From contig CATQGW010000001.1 in the NCBI GenBank assembly GCA_958295515.1, positions 1,187,468-1,251,467 on the forward strand: a DNA stretch of 64,000 bases. The letters run 5' to 3'. The stretch comes from an uncultured Dehalococcoidia bacterium (GTDB lineage: Bacteria; Chloroflexota; Dehalococcoidia; Bin125). Within the stretch, counting starts at the first letter, position 1, and each line of letters begins with the position of its first letter. The translations under genes were made by a program, and so were the position numbers. The notes beneath the pieces were generated by a model that ran no database searches, had not been told where the DNA came from, and saw only the letters and a program-made list of their open reading frames with translations. This document shows, piece after piece, positions 60,256-64,000 of this stretch.

Positions 60256-61143
60256 ATGTCGGCTCGGCGACCTACTGATGCGCATCCGCGGACGCCGTTT
60301 GCGCCGAACCGGGCGGACCGCGAGCGTCGGCTGGCGATCGCTACCTGCGAGGACTGCGGCGGCGAATTCGACCTGGCCGCGGCGGACCCGCGCGCGCGGG
60401 TTTGCGCGCCGTGCTTCGACCGCTCGCTGCACGCGGTGGAAGTCGCCTTTCTGGAAAACTATGCGCGCTTCGGGGCGAAGGCGCACCGCACCGTCGCCGA
60501 AGCGCTGTTCCGCTCGCAGGCGTTGGCGGATCCGGACGACCGCAAAGTGATCGGGATGCGGATTGTCGAGGAGTACCTCAACGCGGCGCAGGAGCTGATG
60601 GCGCTCTATCTGGCGATGCGCCGCCGCCACGAGCAGCCGCTGTTGACCACGTTTATGAACTTCGAGCTGGCCGCGCCGTCGGTGGCGGCCTTCCGCGCGC
60701 TCACGCTGGGGCGCAATTCGAGCGAACTGCTGCGGGACTTGCAGCTGCCCACGCTCGCCGATGTGGAGGCCGCGCGGGGCGAAATTCCGAAGAAAGACTT
60801 CCGTGCGTTCGCCGCCGCGACCGCCGCGGTCGCACACGGGATCGAGCGGGTGCAGCGGGTCGATCAGGGCGTGCTGCTCGAGTTGGCGGACGGGCTGCGC
60901 TCGTCGGCGACGCTGACGCACAAGCTGGACTGGCTGCCGGAGCGGGCGATGAACCCGGATCAGGTGGCGCTGGTCGTGCTCGAACAGCGCCGCCGCGTGG
61001 TGCTCACGCACGCGCTCGCGATCCACGAGCCGCAGCTCGAAGTGTTCATCGACGCGATCGACAAGATCACCGCGGCTGCGCGTGATCTGATCTGGCTCTA
61101 CCTTCACGTGCGGGACACGATGGCGCTGGAGGGACAGGCATGA
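60256..61143 (+). CDS. Hypothetical protein with N-terminal CxxC..CxxC zinc finger
   Basis: GGAGG RBS before ATG 60256; CEDC..CAPC; helical remainder; ATGA overlap with the next gene. Confidence 0.7.
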   Translation: MSARRPTDAHPRTPFAPNRADRERRLAIATCEDCGGEFDLAAADPRARVCAPCFDRSLHAVEVAFLENYARFGAKAHRTVAEALFRSQALADPDDRKVIGMRIVEEYLNAAQELMALYLAMRRRHEQPLLTTFMNFELAAPSVAAFRALTLGRNSSELLRDLQLPTLADVEAARGEIPKKDFRAFAAATAAVAHGIERVQRVDQGVLLELADGLRSSATLTHKLDWLPERAMNPDQVALVVLEQRRRVVLTHALAIHEPQLEVFIDAIDKITAAARDLIWLYLHVRDTMALEGQA

Positions 61144-61934
61144 CCGCATCACCGTTTTCGCTGGATGGTCATGTGGTGCTGGTCTCCGGCGCGGGGCGCG
61201 GGATTGGCAAGGCTGCTGCGCAGCTGATCGCGCAGATGGGCGCGAGCGTCGCGCTCACGGCGCGCACCGTGGCGCAGATCGAAGAGGTTGCGGAGGGCAT
61301 CCGCGAGGAGGGCGGGGAGGCGCACGCCTTCCGCGCGGACCTGGCAGAGATCGACGATCACGCGAGCCTGCTGGACGATGTGGAGCAGACCTGCGGGCCG
61401 CTGAGCGGGCTGGTCAATGTCGCGGGGATCAGCCCGATTCTGCAGCGGGGCGAGCGGGTGACGGCGGAGGAGTACGACCAGATTATGCAGATCAACCAGC
61501 GCGGCACCTTCTTTCTGACGCGCAATGTGGCGGCGCGCTGGATTGAGGCGGGGCGCGGGGGAAGCGTGGTCACGATTTCCTCGGTGGGCGCGCAGTACGG
61601 CCTGCCGCGCCAGGCGCCGTACGCGATGACGCGGGCCGCAGTCGAGGCGATGACCCGCACCTTCGCAGCGGAGTGGGCGCACGCGCTGGCCGAGCCGATT
61701 CGGGTCAACTGCGTCGCGCCGGCGTTCATCGATACGCCGCTGACGGAGCCGATGCCGAGCTGGTACCGGGAGCGGGTGACGGAGCACACGGCGATGCGTC
61801 GGCTGGGCGCGGACGACGAAGTGGCGGGGGCGGTCGCTTTTCTGCTCTCCGACGCGGCGAGCTACATCACCGGAGCGGTGCTGCCGGTCGCGGGCGGCTA
61901 CGGGCTCTGGTCGCTCGACCCGCCGCCGAGCTAG
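61140..61934 (+). CDS. SDR family oxidoreductase
   Basis: VLVSGAGRGIG, LVNVAG, TISS, YAMTR, IRVNCVAP, ITGAVLPVAGG. Confidence 0.9.
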   Translation: MTASPFSLDGHVVLVSGAGRGIGKAAAQLIAQMGASVALTARTVAQIEEVAEGIREEGGEAHAFRADLAEIDDHASLLDDVEQTCGPLSGLVNVAGISPILQRGERVTAEEYDQIMQINQRGTFFLTRNVAARWIEAGRGGSVVTISSVGAQYGLPRQAPYAMTRAAVEAMTRTFAAEWAHALAEPIRVNCVAPAFIDTPLTEPMPSWYRERVTEHTAMRRLGADDEVAGAVAFLLSDAASYITGAVLPVAGGYGLWSLDPPPS

Positions 61935-61938
61935 CCCG

Positions 61939-62895
61939 ATGTCCGCTCCCTACGTCGCCGCCGCCGTGCAGTGGGCGCCGGGTCTCACGCTGGAGGCCGG
62001 GGTTGAGCGGGCGGAAGCGGCGATTGCGGAGGCGGCGCGGAGCGGCGCGTCGCTGATTGTCTTTCCCGAGACGTGGATCCCGATGTATCCGTACTTCCAC
62101 TCGCGATCGGCGGACCGCGTCTCCTTCGCGCGCCTCTACGAGCAGCTGTTCCAGCAGAGCGTGATCATCGGCGGTGCAGCGTGGAATCGGATCGCCGCCG
62201 CGGCACGCGACGCCGGAGCGGCGGTGGTGATTGGCGTCAACGAGCGCGAGCCGCGCGGCGGGACGCTGTACAACACGCTGGCCTACATCGGGGCGGACGG
62301 CGCGCTGCTGGGCCGGCACCGCAAGCTGGTGCCGACGCTTTCCGAGCGGTTGATCTGGGGCTACGGCGACGGCGCGGATCTGGATGTCTACGAGACGCCG
62401 CAGGGACGGCTCGGCGGGCTGATCTGCTACGAGCACCACATGGCTCCCGCGCGCTACGCGCTGGCCGGGCTGGGGGTGCAAATTCACGCTTCGGTCTGGC
62501 CGGGCTGGGAGACGTTGCATCCCGTCGTTGACGCCGCCACGCGGCAGCTGGCGTATGAGAACGCCTGCTTTGTGATCGTCGCCCGCGAGGTGATGTCGGC
62601 GGAGCGGCTGCCGGCCGGCACGCCGTTCGCGGAGGAGCCGTTCTGGGAGGCCGACGGGGGCAGCGCGATCATCGCGCCGGGCGGCAAGTATCTGGCCGGC
62701 CCGGCGACCGGTGAGGAGACGATCCTCTACGCGGAGCTGGATCCGCGGGCCACGATTGAGTCGAAGCGCTGGGTCGACAGCGTGGGGCACTACAGCCGCC
62801 CGGATGTGTTCCAGCTGCGCTGGAATCGCACGCCGCGCCGGCCGCTGGTGATCCACTCCGAAGCAACGCCGCCGGAGTTGGCCGATGCCGAATAG
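61939..62895 (+). CDS. Nitrilase (carbon-nitrogen hydrolase, nitrilase branch)
   Basis: E-K-C triad in FPETWIPMYP, HRKLVPT..ER..WGYGDG, GGLICYEH; DSVGHYSRPDVF. Confidence 0.92.
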   Translation: MSAPYVAAAVQWAPGLTLEAGVERAEAAIAEAARSGASLIVFPETWIPMYPYFHSRSADRVSFARLYEQLFQQSVIIGGAAWNRIAAAARDAGAAVVIGVNEREPRGGTLYNTLAYIGADGALLGRHRKLVPTLSERLIWGYGDGADLDVYETPQGRLGGLICYEHHMAPARYALAGLGVQIHASVWPGWETLHPVVDAATRQLAYENACFVIVAREVMSAERLPAGTPFAEEPFWEADGGSAIIAPGGKYLAGPATGEETILYAELDPRATIESKRWVDSVGHYSRPDVFQLRWNRTPRRPLVIHSEATPPELADAE

Positions 62896-63910
62896 CGCCG
62901 CGCCCCGCGAAGACGCGATTACCGCGGTGCCGGGGATCAAGCTCGGCCACTGGACCAATCGGCGCTGGGCGACGGGCTGCACGGCGATCATCTGCGAGCA
63001 GGGCGCGACGCCCGGCTATTTCGGTCCCGGCGGCGCGCCGGGCACGCTCGACACCGACTTGATGCGGGCGGAGAACGCGGTGGCCAGGGTGCATGCGATC
63101 CTGCTCACCGGCGGCAGTCTGTTCGGTCTGGAAGCCGCAGCCGGCATAAAGCGACTGCTGGTGGAGCAGGGCGTGGGCGACCGCCTGGCTCCGGGGTTGC
63201 CGCCGATCCCGATTGTCGCTGGGGCGGTCGTCTTTGATCTGCCGATCGGGCAATCGAGGCATCCCGATCGGGACGCCGGCTACCGCGCGGCGCGCGCGGC
63301 GCGCGCCGGCGCGGTGGAGCAGGGTTCGGTGGGGGTGGGGACCGGCTGCACCGTCGGCAAGGCCGGGGCGCGCCAGCTTGCTGTGAAAGGTGGGCTCGGC
63401 AGCGCGGCGGCGCGGCATGAATCGGGGTTGGTCGTGGGGGCGGTTGTGGCGACCAACTCCGTCGGGGACATCATCGATCCGGCGACGGGGCGGCTGGTCG
63501 CCGGCGTTCGCGCCGGTCCGAACGGGGAGATGGCGCGCAGCGCCGAGCTGATGCGCGCCAAGTCCTATGCGGATTACGTGGCTGAGGCGGGGCAGACCGC
63601 GGACGCGCTCCAGGCCGGCGCGAACACCACGCTTGCGGTCGTCGCGACCAACGCGCGGCTGCACAAAGGGCAGTCCAAGCGTCTGGCGATCATGGCCAGC
63701 GCGGGACTGGCCCGCGCGATTGATCCCGTGTTTACGCCCGGGGATGGGGACTCGATCTTCACGCTTGCGACCGGCGAGGTGGATATTTCGCCCGCGCCCG
63801 CGCTGCTCACATTGCTGGGCATTCTCGCGGCGGAAGCAGTGGGTCAGGCGACGCTTCGGAGTGTCCGCCAGGCGACGGGGCTGGCGGGGGTTCCCGCGAT
63901 CGGGGACTGA
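62885..63910 (+). CDS. P1/S58 (DmpA-like) peptidase family protein
   Basis: AITAVPGIKLGH, TGCT, GGAPGT, LLTGGSLFGL, GSVGVGTG, NTTLAVVATNA, GDGDSIF. Confidence 0.9.
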   Translation: MPNSAAPREDAITAVPGIKLGHWTNRRWATGCTAIICEQGATPGYFGPGGAPGTLDTDLMRAENAVARVHAILLTGGSLFGLEAAAGIKRLLVEQGVGDRLAPGLPPIPIVAGAVVFDLPIGQSRHPDRDAGYRAARAARAGAVEQGSVGVGTGCTVGKAGARQLAVKGGLGSAAARHESGLVVGAVVATNSVGDIIDPATGRLVAGVRAGPNGEMARSAELMRAKSYADYVAEAGQTADALQAGANTTLAVVATNARLHKGQSKRLAIMASAGLARAIDPVFTPGDGDSIFTLATGEVDISPAPALLTLLGILAAEAVGQATLRSVRQATGLAGVPAIGD

Positions 63911-63926
63911 ACACGCGCGTCATCTC

Positions 63927-63955
63927 TTGCATCGCCTTTCGACTCTCTATAAAAT
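63927..63955 (+). promoter_or_regulatory. Sigma70-type promoter for a gene at or beyond the window edge
   Basis: TTGCAT -17 nt- TAAAAT. Confidence 0.65.
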
Positions 63956-64000
63956 CCTTACAGTGTGAGAGAGTGCAGCTGTGCCGCTTTCGTTTGAGCA

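Overview
About 70% GC bacterial chromosome segment; the 16S sequence and gene repertoire point to Chloroflexota, probably Dehalococcoidia-like (inference, not classified computationally). Most of it is housekeeping: tilS, rpsA, clpC, mreBCD-mrdA-rodA, hisHAFI, ligA, rplU-rpmA-rpmE, ftsH, rnhB, hppA, glyQS, uvrA, polA, mutM. Points not explained by ordinary annotation: (1) a dismantled rRNA operon, 16S-tRNA-Ile-[6.3 kb, two protein genes]-tRNA-Ala-5S, with no 23S and apparent private promoters for tRNA-Ala and 5S; (2) a 191-bp direct repeat bracketing a DUF5678-like/aspartyl-protease pair and giving two small paralogues with the same N-terminus but different bodies; (3) a G12 tract that puts the likely start of a 1,100+ aa FG-GAP surface protein out of frame; (4) twelve loci of CGTC-tagged REP-like palindromes with compensatory stem variants, tandem amplification at the tag, an IS5-family element inserted in one of them, and local strand-biased composition that seems to follow REP orientation; (5) two solitary lower-GC defence-like genes (TIR-like; sacsin-type ATPase fused to an SF2 helicase); (6) many genes with leaderless-type promoters. 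No CRISPR array, prophage or integrase was seen. All calls are by eye from motifs; no searches were run.
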